Assembly (NCBI GenBank): GCA_036338595.1
Contig: JAYZBV010000099.1
Span: 1 to 45,431 of the forward strand
Reading direction: 5' to 3'
Source of the DNA: Planctomycetota bacterium
GTDB taxonomy: Bacteria; Planctomycetota; UBA8108; UBA1146
DNA: 45,431 nucleotides
The position numbers were made by a program, and so were the translations under genes. The notes below the pieces were generated by a model. That model had not been told where the DNA came from. It saw only the letters and a program-made list of their open reading frames with translations, and searched no databases. Positions 9,008 to 18,044 of the stretch are shown in pieces; positions within the stretch are counted from its first letter, which is position 1; the number at the start of each line of letters is the position of its first letter.

Positions 9008-10342
9008 TTAGAACCTGCCAAACTTGTGTGAGATCTGCTCGCCTCGATAGCGAAAGATGACCCTGTCGCTGAGGACTTTTTCGAGCAAGCCATCATGAAT
9101 CTGTCCACCTTCAGGGATCAGATTTCCGTTGATGATGGCATGCGACCCCTCCGGGGCCATCACGACACCCTCGACGCTGACCTCCTTGGCCAGGAACTCC
9201 CGCACGGTTTCACTGCGTTGCAGGAGTTGATCTGCGGCTTGAATCACCAGGACGGAAGCTGCGTTGTAAGACTCCCCCGCCTGTCCGATGTCCTGACCGA
9301 TGCTGAGGATCTCGCCGTGCATCCTGTGAACAAGATCGAAATCCTGTTCGCTGAAGGCCACTTTCATCGCTTCCAGCTTGGATATGGCCTGGGCGTAGAG
9401 GTAGGCGACACGAATCTTGTCAATTCCCTCTTCGAAGTCATCGAGACGGTCCATGATGGAACGCAGCTCCGTGGAGAACTCAGGTTGATCAAATCGTGCT
9501 ATCGATTCTCCGATGGTTTCGATCACACCGTAGGCTTCCATGGCAGCGACCTGATCATTATTACGAATTGCGTACTCAATGCGCGCCATCGCCTCACGTG
9601 CTTCGGCCAGCAATTCACTCTGCTGGAGCGGTTCGAGAGGACCCACCCGTGGCGCCTGAGGACCAGAACCGAGACGGTTCCAGGGTCCGGTGAAGGGATC
9701 CCGACTGACGATGTTGGACAGGTTGTATCGTTCCAACCTCAACGCTGCCCTGACGAATCGGGTGTCGCTGGTGAACTTCTTGAGGGCGGGGAACTGTTGC
9801 ACCGCACGGGAGATGTTCATGCCGTAGGAAGCGGCTCTCTCCAGATTCAGGAAGGCACCATCGCGGTCGCCGACATGAGCATACGCTTCTGCCATCAGCA
9901 GCGCGGCTATGGCGTCTTCGCCGCCAAAGTCGGTGTATTCTTCATACTTCCTGATCGCCTCTTCCAGGTGTATTCCACCGGGGTTCACCCCTTCGAGGCG
10001 CCGATGGATCAACCCGAGGGTCAGGTGAAAATCAGCGTGGTAGGGACGAAGCGTGACCAGTTCCCTGATCTCGTTGAGAGCACGATTCCAGTTCTTTCTG
10101 TGGATGTCATCGGACGAGTAGCGACGAAGATCTGAGACCCTCGCCTCCTCCTCGAGCGCCGATGTTGCACTCCCTGCTCGATCAGTACTGATCTCCGGGT
10201 CGACGCCCAGCGGCTCGACCAGTGAAGCGTCATCTCCAGCACTCGGTTGATCTACCTGGCGACTGTCCACTGCCATGGGGATCGACAAGAAGATGATCAA
10301 TAGCACGAGTACGGATCGTGATCTGGTGTTGAAATGGCTCAC
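9008..10342 (-). CDS. TPR-containing exported protein with C-terminal PilP/GspB(T2SSB)-like beta domain, in the pilP position
   Basis: N-terminal hydrophobic segment; TPR-like helices (ADFHLTLGLIHRR, AALLMAEAYAHVGDRDGAFLNLERA); C-terminus VEGVVM..GSHAIINGNLIPEGGQIHDGLLEKVLSDRVIFRYRG. Overlaps the pilO stop (GTGA). Confidence 0.6.
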   Translation of the reverse strand: MSHFNTRSRSVLVLLIIFLSIPMAVDSRQVDQPSAGDDASLVEPLGVDPEISTDRAGSATSALEEEARVSDLRRYSSDDIHRKNWNRALNEIRELVTLRPYHADFHLTLGLIHRRLEGVNPGGIHLEEAIRKYEEYTDFGGEDAIAALLMAEAYAHVGDRDGAFLNLERAASYGMNISRAVQQFPALKKFTSDTRFVRAALRLERYNLSNIVSRDPFTGPWNRLGSGPQAPRVGPLEPLQQSELLAEAREAMARIEYAIRNNDQVAAMEAYGVIETIGESIARFDQPEFSTELRSIMDRLDDFEEGIDKIRVAYLYAQAISKLEAMKVAFSEQDFDLVHRMHGEILSIGQDIGQAGESYNAASVLVIQAADQLLQRSETVREFLAKEVSVEGVVMAPEGSHAIINGNLIPEGGQIHDGLLEKVLSDRVIFRYRGEQISHKFGRF

Positions 10343-10974
10343 TGAATCGCCTCCATCGGGATGCTAGGCTCGTCGTAAACATAGGTAGAGATGACAACTG
10401 CAAGGCGCTTGGTCGGCTCCGATGCGGAAACCAGTCCATTGTCATCGCCTGAAGGAAACAGCTCGATTCCATCTACCCTGAGAAAGCGTGGGTGATTCTC
10501 GACACTGTTGATGAAACGGTGTAACTGGGAAAACTCGCCGGACATCTCGAAGCGATACTTGTGGCGAGTGAAGGAGTCCTTTTCGACAACAACCTCTGCC
10601 TGTTTTCTGCCTCGAACTGCAGCTGCCTTCTTGAGGACCTGAAGAGGCTCGGCTACCAGGATGGTGAGCCCCGAGTCTCGGCAAAGAGTTGTAATCGTAT
10701 CGACGAATGCGTCGCGTCTTACCTCGTCCTTCTCCGGCAAGATCGCAGTGTATTCACTGACAATTCGCGAGAGTGACCGGGCTTTATCCTTCATCTGCGG
10801 AATACGAGCGATTTTCTCCTGCGCTGACACCTCTCGCGAATCAAGATCCGAGAGCACATGAGAGATGGTGTCGTTGTCGTTCTTGAGACCCCATCCGATG
10901 GCGAACTCGCCACAGAATAACAGCCCACAGAAGGCAGCCACGATCAGCAGTTGTTTCTTCTCGTCAAATTTCAT
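10339..10974 (-). CDS. pilO: Type IVa pilus assembly protein PilO-like
   Basis: N-terminal TM, coiled coil, ILP..E, 'GEFSQLHRFINSVENHPRFLRV' PilO-type motif; follows pilN. Confidence 0.8.
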   Translation of the reverse strand: MKFDEKKQLLIVAAFCGLLFCGEFAIGWGLKNDNDTISHVLSDLDSREVSAQEKIARIPQMKDKARSLSRIVSEYTAILPEKDEVRRDAFVDTITTLCRDSGLTILVAEPLQVLKKAAAVRGRKQAEVVVEKDSFTRHKYRFEMSGEFSQLHRFINSVENHPRFLRVDGIELFPSGDDNGLVSASEPTKRLAVVISTYVYDEPSIPMEAIQ

Positions 10975-11672
10975 TTTGCCTCGCTAGTCTTCGCAGGGGC
11001 CTTCACCACAGGAGGATCCTGTAGCGGTTTCAGATCGATACCGACCCTGGATCGGTAGTGCTCCGGCTCCTCCTCGGTTGCTTCCACTTTCTCCCAGGAG
11101 AGTGGTGTGAATCCGAGAAAGTCGCCAAAGAAGGAATCTGGCATGGCGCTGACATCGACAAGATCACCGTAGAATCGGTGGTCTTCACTGAGCGCCTTGC
11201 GGAATCGGGTGAACACCTGAGGATCGTCTCCGAGTGCCACGCAATCGAGCGTGACACGGCCACCAGATTGGCGGCTACCGGGAACCCAGCGGTATTCCCC
11301 CTCGTCGAGAACATTGACCGCAAGCGATGTGATCCAGATCTCGTCGGGAACCAGCGCCACCAGTTGATCCAGTTTCGGCGCCCATAGAATCCTGCGAGTC
11401 TTGATCTCGATGATCGATGCCTCGCGCTGGCGGTAGAAGGCGATATCAGACTGGATTCGGTCGACCTCACCTGCACGCTGTTCAAGGTCTGCGACCTGTA
11501 CTTTCTGTGCTTCTGCGCGCGCTTCCATGCTTCCTTGCGCAATCCACATCCAGAAGATTCCAATCGCTCCCAGCGCAACCGCAGCCACTCCACCGAGCAC
11601 CGTGTAGAAGACCGTGCGCGGAGTACTGGCAGCGCGTTGCAAATCGGCGGGCAGCAGGTTGATCTTTATCAT
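10971..11672 (-). CDS. pilN: Type IV pilus assembly protein PilN-like
   Basis: MIKINLLP PilM-binding motif, TM helix, coiled coil, W...LDQL...VPDEIWITSL. Confidence 0.88.
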   Translation of the reverse strand: MIKINLLPADLQRAASTPRTVFYTVLGGVAAVALGAIGIFWMWIAQGSMEARAEAQKVQVADLEQRAGEVDRIQSDIAFYRQREASIIEIKTRRILWAPKLDQLVALVPDEIWITSLAVNVLDEGEYRWVPGSRQSGGRVTLDCVALGDDPQVFTRFRKALSEDHRFYGDLVDVSAMPDSFFGDFLGFTPLSWEKVEATEEEPEHYRSRVGIDLKPLQDPPVVKAPAKTSEAK

Positions 11673-11695
11673 TGTTTGATCCTTTCCTGGCGCGC

Positions 11696-12733
11696 CTAGA
11701 CGCAGTCCTTGAGCCGAGAACTGAGGCCCACCGCAATCGGTAGTTGAACCTTGTGCTCAGCGAGAGCATCCACATCGACGAGGTCTTCTCGTATCTTGAT
11801 CGACTCGAACGGGTCCCATGTCTTGACCTCACGCTCGAATACACGCTCGAAGGTATCCATCAGGCCCAGGGTGCGACTGGCACCTCCGCTGATGTAGACC
11901 TCCTCGACCCTGTGGTCGAACTGGTTCTCGAAGTAATCGAAGGAGAGTTGGATCTCGCTGGCGATCTCATCGAGCACGGGCTGAACCGCATTTGCGACCA
12001 TTTCCTCGTTGCCTTGTGGATCGCACTTCAGTTCTTCTGCTTCAGCCTCATCGAGATGCTCACGGCGTGAGATCGACTCGGTGATATCGGTTCCACCCAG
12101 GTAGATCTCTCGAGAGAAACAGGAGACATTTCCCCTGAGGATGTGAATGTTGGTCTTGCTGGCGCCGACGTCTACGAGCGCCACTGCACGGTCAGGATCG
12201 TCCGATCGCACCCCGTCACCACTTCTGAGTTCAAAGGAGTTCCCGAGGGCAAAGGAATCGACATCCACGGCTACCGGAATCAGACCGAGATCCTGAACCT
12301 GATCTATATGGTCCTGAAGAAGGTCCTTCTTCACCGCAACCAGCAGGCTCTTCATCTCGGCGACGTCCTCCGACCCTTCGGAGAACTCCTCGAGACACTG
12401 GCCATCGATGGACACTTCATCGCGATCGAATGGGATGTACTTGTCTGCCTCGAGACGGAGTGTCTCCGGAAGTTCATCTTCATCGAGTTTCGGTAATGTG
12501 ATGTAACGAACCACGACTGACCTGCCGGAAACCGCTGTCGCTACCTTTCGGGTTCGGATCCCCGATTCACGGAGCACAGCTTTGACCGTGTCTAGCGTTT
12601 CCTCCGGGGTCGGGATGCGACCCCATCCGAAACCTGTCAGTTCGAGTCCTTCTGCGGTCTCGGTCAATTCGACGACCTTGACCTCGTCTGTACCAATGTC
12701 GAGACCAATCAGAGATTTTTGTCGAGCAAACAT
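11696..12733 (-). CDS. pilM: Type IV pilus assembly protein PilM
   Basis: IGLDIGTDEVKVVEL, VATAVSG, EADKYIPF, VDVDSFAL, ALVDVGASKT, GGTDIT, ISGGAS, AVGLS: actin-like PilM fold. Confidence 0.96.
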   Translation of the reverse strand: MFARQKSLIGLDIGTDEVKVVELTETAEGLELTGFGWGRIPTPEETLDTVKAVLRESGIRTRKVATAVSGRSVVVRYITLPKLDEDELPETLRLEADKYIPFDRDEVSIDGQCLEEFSEGSEDVAEMKSLLVAVKKDLLQDHIDQVQDLGLIPVAVDVDSFALGNSFELRSGDGVRSDDPDRAVALVDVGASKTNIHILRGNVSCFSREIYLGGTDITESISRREHLDEAEAEELKCDPQGNEEMVANAVQPVLDEIASEIQLSFDYFENQFDHRVEEVYISGGASRTLGLMDTFERVFEREVKTWDPFESIKIREDLVDVDALAEHKVQLPIAVGLSSRLKDCV

Positions 12734-12863
12734 ACTTTCTTGCCTCCCTGCGGCATTCTATCGATGCGCAACGTGGTTCCTTTGATCAGGGTGATCGATC
12801 AGAACCTGTGCGCTCCGGTAATGCGCACCACTACCGGAGTGGGACCAGCCCCAGGAAGGTCCT

Positions 12864-12903
12864 GAGAAGAGTACGACAGGGAGTTAAAGGGCGCAAATCG
12901 GCC
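12864..12903 (-). promoter_or_regulatory. Candidate pilM promoter: GGCCGATT-N19-TCGTACTCTTCTC (TTGCGC-17-TACTCT)
   Basis: Sigma70-like spacing. The 13-mer TCGTACTCTTCTC and the upstream 8-mer GGCCGATT are both shared with 41971-42011. Confidence 0.6.
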
Positions 12904-12919
12904 TGAAAGGGATACAGAC

Positions 12920-14656
12920 CTAGAAACGATCGACGACCTCGGGGAAGTGATCCACGGCCCAATGGTGCAGTTCACGGGTAATCTGCTCTCCGTCCGACAT
13001 CTGGAGGCAACGTGCAGATAACTCACGCACCTCGTAGTCGTTGAGACTTCGAATCACCTGCTTCACTTCTGGTATCAACTGTGGGCTGACGGAGATTTCA
13101 CGCAATCCCAGGCCCACCAGCAAGGGAAGATAAATCGATTCCGATGCCATCTCGCCGCACAGTGAGACACGAACCGAGTGTTCCTGTCCGGTTCTCACCA
13201 GTTGAAGTATGAGATGCAGTACCGCTGGATGCATCGGATCGTAGAGATCGGCGACATGCTCATTTCCCCGGTCAACCGCCAGTGTGTATTGCACAAGATC
13301 GTTGGTACCGACGCTGAGGAAGGACACTCGACCCGCAACATGGCTGGCGATCAGGGCCAGAGAAGGAACTTCCACCATCACTCCGATGGGAATGTTCTCA
13401 TCGAATTCGACTCCCTCGGACCGTAGTTCGTCGGAAACCTCATCGATGATCTGAAGACTTCGATCCAACTCGGATATAGATGTGATCATCGGCAACATCA
13501 GTCGAACTGGACCCAACAGTCCGGCACGCAAGATGGCTCTGATCTGAGCGCGAAATGGTTTTGGATTGGCGAGGCACCAACGGATCGATCGACAACCGAG
13601 GAATGGATTTTCCTCCTCGAGTCCCCCCTCAGGCAACTTGTCTCCACCCAGGTCAAGAGTCCGCACCGTCAGAGGTAATCCACCCAGGGATTCAAGCACG
13701 GATCTGTAATTCTCGAGATGGACTTCCTCCCCGGCGGTCGGCGCCTGCAGATGGATGAACTCCGTTCGATAGAGTCCAATCCCGGAAGCACCGCACTCCA
13801 CAGCCGATTTCACCTCACTGGGCAATTCGATGTTGGCGTGGACCTCGATTCGATGACCGTCGATCGTCTCGGCGGGAAGTTTCGCCTGACTCTTGAGCCT
13901 TTTCGCAAGACTCTGCATCTTTCTGGCCCTGGCCGAGTACTCGGCAATTTGCCCCTCGTCAGGATTGATGACGACCACTCCCCGATACCCATCGATGACG
14001 ATCCTGTCACCACCCACCACTGCGGTGGCGATGTCTTCGAGGCCGACCACGGCGGGAATTCCGAGAGCACGTCCCATGATGGCGGTGTGCGAGGTCTTTC
14101 CTCCGACATCGGTGGCAAACCCCTTGACCATTACAGGGTCCAGTTTCGCTGTTTGCGCAGGGGTCAAGTTGTGGGCGATGACCACAACTTCGTCGGTGAG
14201 GTTCGAGAGTCCCTCGATCCTTTTCCCGAGCAGGGTGCTCAGTAGCAATTTCTCAACGTCTTGTAAATCGTGGACCCGCTCTGACAGGATCGGAGAATTG
14301 AGATCCTGTAATTTTCTGACATAGCGATTCATCACCTTGCTGAGCGCGTGCTCAGCAGTATACGAATTGTCACGGATCGCCTGTTCCACTTCGGAATGAA
14401 GCACAGGATCTGCGGCGAGATCTCGATGCACTCCCAGAATCCGTGCATGGATCTCGATCTCTTCTCCGAGACGAGCAATCTCGGCGTCGAGAGTGCGGTT
14501 CGAATCATCGACCGCTTGCTTGAAGCGACCAATTTCCGAATCGATGAGACTCTTCTCGACGAAGCGCTGCGGGATGCGCAGTTCTTCAGAATCGAGAACC
14601 AGTGCCTCGGCGATGACGATCCCCGGACTGACCGGGATTCCGTGCCTGATCTCCAA
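12920..14656 (-). CDS. ptsI: Phosphoenolpyruvate-protein phosphotransferase (PTS enzyme I)
   Basis: GIPVSPG, phospho-His motif GGKTSHTAIM, GIGLYRTEF, RTLDLGGDK, NPFLGCRSIR, SVGTNDLVQY, CGEMA. Confidence 0.97.
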   Translation of the reverse strand: MEIRHGIPVSPGIVIAEALVLDSEELRIPQRFVEKSLIDSEIGRFKQAVDDSNRTLDAEIARLGEEIEIHARILGVHRDLAADPVLHSEVEQAIRDNSYTAEHALSKVMNRYVRKLQDLNSPILSERVHDLQDVEKLLLSTLLGKRIEGLSNLTDEVVVIAHNLTPAQTAKLDPVMVKGFATDVGGKTSHTAIMGRALGIPAVVGLEDIATAVVGGDRIVIDGYRGVVVINPDEGQIAEYSARARKMQSLAKRLKSQAKLPAETIDGHRIEVHANIELPSEVKSAVECGASGIGLYRTEFIHLQAPTAGEEVHLENYRSVLESLGGLPLTVRTLDLGGDKLPEGGLEEENPFLGCRSIRWCLANPKPFRAQIRAILRAGLLGPVRLMLPMITSISELDRSLQIIDEVSDELRSEGVEFDENIPIGVMVEVPSLALIASHVAGRVSFLSVGTNDLVQYTLAVDRGNEHVADLYDPMHPAVLHLILQLVRTGQEHSVRVSLCGEMASESIYLPLLVGLGLREISVSPQLIPEVKQVIRSLNDYEVRELSARCLQMSDGEQITRELHHWAVDHFPEVVDRF

Positions 14657-14670
14657 CTTCCCCTCCGGAA

Positions 14671-14946
14671 CTAGACTCCGTGGAAATCGTGCCGAACCAG
14701 ATTCGAGAGGGCTTCCAGCGCCGCTGCCGCATCCGATCCGTTGGTCTGAATCTTGATCTCGTCACCAAGTTGCGCCCCCAGGGTCATGATCGCAATGGTG
14801 CTCTTGCCATCGACGGTCGAGCCACCCACCCTGGTGACCGTGATCTCGGCGTCGAATCGCTGGGCTAGACGCACGAATTCGGTCGATGCCCGGGCGTGGA
14901 GGCCTGAATCGTGGGTGATCTTGATGACCTGACTCAACTGGGTCAT
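14671..14946 (-). CDS. ptsH: HPr family phosphocarrier protein
   Basis: GLHARAS (His15) and DGKSTIAIMTLGA (regulatory Ser46 region); 91 aa. Confidence 0.95.
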   Translation of the reverse strand: MTQLSQVIKITHDSGLHARASTEFVRLAQRFDAEITVTRVGGSTVDGKSTIAIMTLGAQLGDEIKIQTNGSDAAAALEALSNLVRHDFHGV

Positions 14947-15938
14947 ACGGTCTTTCCCAGCCTCGCAAGCGCAATCTCACTGATCATCTGACCGACCAGA
15001 TCCGAGTGGTGACGAGCGCTACTGGCATTGCGATCGAGCAGATCGGCGACGGAAACCTGTATCCCACGCTGCTCGAGTCCCCCTTCGTATCTGACCGGAA
15101 CACTTCCCTGGCGTGAGTAGCTCGCGAGCAGGTCTTCCGGAAAGGTACCGTCGTGAGCAATGATGCGGTCGATGAGGTTCTCCGAGGAGTGCCGCTCGAG
15201 CGCATCGAGGTGGTCGATCAAACCCATGTCGTCGGTTTCACCGGGCTGAGTCATGATATTCGCGATGTAGACCTTCGGAGCCTGGCTCTCCAGGACACGC
15301 CGACGAATTCCCTCGATCAGTAAAGGCGGTATCACGCTCGTGAACAGACTACCTGGACCGAACACGATCAGTTCTGCCTGCTCGATGGCTTCAGCAACAT
15401 CTTCGGCAGGCTCGTCGATTCTCGGTCTCGCCTCGATGCTCACGATCGGCTTGCCGCTGCTGGCGATTCTTCCTTCGCCGGTAGATTTTGTCCCATCGGT
15501 ATGCGTTCCGATGAGTGTCAGCTTCCCCCCATTTGCTGGAAGCACACGGCCGCGGACTCGTAACAAACGATTCAGTTCTCTGATAGCGAGATCAAAATCT
15601 CCGGTGACTCTCGTCAGCGCCGTGATCAACAGATTACCGATGGAATGCCCTGCCAGTTCCGACTCCTGAAAGCGGTAGTCGAGCAACCGTGCCCAGAGCG
15701 GTTCTTGCCCCGAGAGCGCCAGCAGGCAATTGCGAATGTCGCCGGGAGGAGCCATGTCGAAGTCCTTACGAAGACGACCCGACGAACCCCCGTCATCGCT
15801 GACCGAGACGACCGCCGTCACCTCCACTGGCTGCTCCCTGAGTCCGGCAAGCAGTGAGGACATTCCGGTTCCCCCCCCGAAAGCGACGATGCGCGGCGGG
15901 CGAGGGACCGTGTCAGTGACTGGATCGATCAGACTCAA
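14943..15938 (-). CDS. yvcK: YvcK/GlmR family (UDP-GlcNAc-binding gluconeogenesis factor, CofD-like fold)
   Basis: GGGTGMSSLL, SDDGGSSGRLR, PPGDIRNCL, GHSIGNL, GPGSLFTS, NIMTQPGET, RHH. Likely TTG start at 15938 after SD GAGAGGAG. Confidence 0.92.
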   Translation of the reverse strand: MSLIDPVTDTVPRPPRIVAFGGGTGMSSLLAGLREQPVEVTAVVSVSDDGGSSGRLRKDFDMAPPGDIRNCLLALSGQEPLWARLLDYRFQESELAGHSIGNLLITALTRVTGDFDLAIRELNRLLRVRGRVLPANGGKLTLIGTHTDGTKSTGEGRIASSGKPIVSIEARPRIDEPAEDVAEAIEQAELIVFGPGSLFTSVIPPLLIEGIRRRVLESQAPKVYIANIMTQPGETDDMGLIDHLDALERHSSENLIDRIIAHDGTFPEDLLASYSRQGSVPVRYEGGLEQRGIQVSVADLLDRNASSARHHSDLVGQMISEIALARLGKTV

Positions 15939-16046
15939 CGAAACTCCTCTCGCGAGGGCGACTGAGCACCTCGCTGTCCACACCTGGTCGCTTGAAACGG
16001 CTTGAAAACAGCTCTTCCCTGTCTCCGGGGGCAATCTGGATGCTTT

Positions 16047-16060
16047 CATGGTTTACCATG
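16047..16060. promoter_or_regulatory. Palindrome CATGGT-N2-ACCATG, candidate operator upstream of yvcK-ptsH-ptsI
   Basis: Perfect 6+6 inverted repeat in the 218-nt truA-yvcK gap; resembles TGGT-N-ACCA GntR/FadR-type sites. Confidence 0.4.
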
Positions 16061-16156
16061 GCAGCGCCATTTGTTCCACGGAAGCGGACGATAGACGGCA
16101 GATTTCTGATCCGGAAGCCGTAATTCTGGAGAGTTCTGGCGTCTCCAGCAGCTCCA

Positions 16157-16948
16157 TCAGACTGAAAGCGGCTCCGACTGACACCTTGGCACCTCTTGCC
16201 CCTGACGCGAAACCTCCATCAGAAACAGCCCCTCAGGTGGTGCGCCGACTCCTGCACTCTCTCGATCGGTGGATGCGAGGATCCTCGCAGTGTCCTCCAC
16301 ATCCCGATGCCCCCTCCCCACCTCCACCAGTGTGCCCACCAGGTTGCGAACCATTCTGTAGAGAAAGCCATCTCCCACGACCTGGATCGATACGCATTGA
16401 CCGTGTCTCTGGACAACCATCTGGTGCACTGTTCGAACCGTATCGTCCCCCGCATCTTTGGAATGAGTACGAAACGCTGCGAAGTCATGACGGCCGATGA
16501 GCGCCTCGGCAGCAACTTGCATCCGCTCATGATCGAGCTGCTGGCGGACCCACCAGTGGGTTCGTGCTCCAAACAAGGGTCGCCTGGGAGAATTCCAGAT
16601 GCGATACAGATAGCGCTTTCCGATCGCATCGAATCGAGGGTGCCAGCCAGGTTCAGCATCCTCGCATGACACCACATCGATATCTCCAGGAGTCACACCC
16701 TGGAGGGAGTGATGAAATTGATGTGTGTCGACACTGGTAGAGAGGCGGATCCTGACGAGGTGACCCAGTGCATGGACACCTGCGTCGGTTCGACTGGAGC
16801 CCTCCACCTGGACCGGTCCGGGAACGATCACCGCCGCGCTCTCGGCAAGCACCCCCTGGACCGTCCGGTATCCATCGTTAGCCTGCCAACCGTGAAAATC
16901 GGTTCCGTCATATCCGACCACCAGACGATATCCGTGCGACTGATCCAT
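16157..16948 (-). CDS. truA: tRNA pseudouridine(38-40) synthase
   Basis: YDGTDFHGWQ, SRTDAGVHA (catalytic Asp), HPRFDA, GRHDFAAF, GFLYRMVRNLVG, APPEGLFL. Confidence 0.97.
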   Translation of the reverse strand: MDQSHGYRLVVGYDGTDFHGWQANDGYRTVQGVLAESAAVIVPGPVQVEGSSRTDAGVHALGHLVRIRLSTSVDTHQFHHSLQGVTPGDIDVVSCEDAEPGWHPRFDAIGKRYLYRIWNSPRRPLFGARTHWWVRQQLDHERMQVAAEALIGRHDFAAFRTHSKDAGDDTVRTVHQMVVQRHGQCVSIQVVGDGFLYRMVRNLVGTLVEVGRGHRDVEDTARILASTDRESAGVGAPPEGLFLMEVSRQGQEVPRCQSEPLSV

Positions 16949-17931
16949 CAGTTCGCCCGACTCCAGAGTTCAGCGATCTGGACCGTGTTGAGGGCTGCCC
17001 CCTTGAGCACCTGGTCGCCGACGACCCAGAACTGAAGGGTGTCGGGGAAGGGGCTTCGGAGCCTGCCAACGGACACATCGTGGACTCCAGAAAGGGCTGC
17101 TGGCGTCGGTGGAGAGACCGGATCGTCATGGAAATTGAGTCCTTCTGCAGAGCCCAGAGCCTCGCTGGCGCTCTGGAGTCGATGGGAATCCTCATCATCG
17201 AAGATCAAGGTCACGGCAATCGAGTGGCAGCGGGCCACTGGCACTCGCACGCAAGTTCCTTGCACCACCAGATCGGGCACCTCGAGGATCTTCCGCGTCT
17301 CGTCGAGCATCTTTCTCTCCTCGACAGTGACACCCTCTTCATCCACTTCCCCGATGGAAGGGAACAGGTTGCCATGGATCGGGAACGGAAACGGCTCTCC
17401 CCGACGAAATTCTCCCCCCGCCCCCTCGCGCTCGAGAGCATCGAGACCCTCCCGGCCAGCGCCGCTGACCGCCTGATAGGTGTCCGCGATGACTCGCACT
17501 GGCTTCAACCTCATCAACGGTTTCAATGCCAGTAACAAGATGATGGTTGAGCAATTCGGATTTGCGATGATGCCTGGCCCTGGTCGAACCACATCCGGGT
17601 TCACCTCGGGGATCACCAGCGGGACCGTGTCATCGAGCCTGAATGCAGAGGAGTTATCGACGACAACCACTCCCGCCTCGACAAAACGGGGCGCCCACTG
17701 GCGGGCGATGGAGCCACCCGCTGCCATCAGCGCCACATCGAACTGGGAAAGATCGGTGCCCTCATCGAGTGCCTCGACTACCAGTTCTGTTTCTCGCCAC
17801 GAGATCTTGGTGCCGGCGCTTCGTGCAGATGCGAGCAAGCGTGGAGGTTTTTCACCCAGTGGTGAAGTCTCCAGCAGTTGCAACATCGCCTGACCGACCA
17901 CACCGGTCGCGCCTACCACTGCCACAATCAA
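16948..17931 (-). CDS. asd: Aspartate-semialdehyde dehydrogenase
   Basis: VVGATGVVG, DNSSAFR, PLVIPEVN, IANPNCST, TYQAVSGAG, TCVRVPV..HS, DQVLKGAALN. Confidence 0.97.
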   Translation of the reverse strand: MIVAVVGATGVVGQAMLQLLETSPLGEKPPRLLASARSAGTKISWRETELVVEALDEGTDLSQFDVALMAAGGSIARQWAPRFVEAGVVVVDNSSAFRLDDTVPLVIPEVNPDVVRPGPGIIANPNCSTIILLLALKPLMRLKPVRVIADTYQAVSGAGREGLDALEREGAGGEFRRGEPFPFPIHGNLFPSIGEVDEEGVTVEERKMLDETRKILEVPDLVVQGTCVRVPVARCHSIAVTLIFDDEDSHRLQSASEALGSAEGLNFHDDPVSPPTPAALSGVHDVSVGRLRSPFPDTLQFWVVGDQVLKGAALNTVQIAELWSRAN

Positions 17932-18044
17932 GAGTTGTTCTCCTCACGGCTCCCGAGCCAGGCAACAATCAGCGGAAAGACCACGACCATCAACAGGCAG
18001 ATCACCAGCAGAAAGAACTCCCCGGCACTGACGGCAAATAGCAT
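17928..18044 (-). CDS. Small single-TM protein, 38 aa (MLFAVSAGEFFLLVICLLMVVVFPLIVAWLGSREENNS)
   Basis: Fills the thrS-asd gap exactly: its ATG overlaps the thrS stop (TGATG) with SD GAGGAGG, and its TGA overlaps the asd TTG start (TTGA). About 22-aa hydrophobic core. Below the ORF-track cutoff. Confidence 0.75.
   Translation of the reverse strand: MLFAVSAGEFFLLVICLLMVVVFPLIVAWLGSREENNS

Noticed and set aside
9095..10135. 346-aa plus-strand ORF
   Set aside because: Antisense to the pilP-position gene, which is coupled to pilO and fits the operon.
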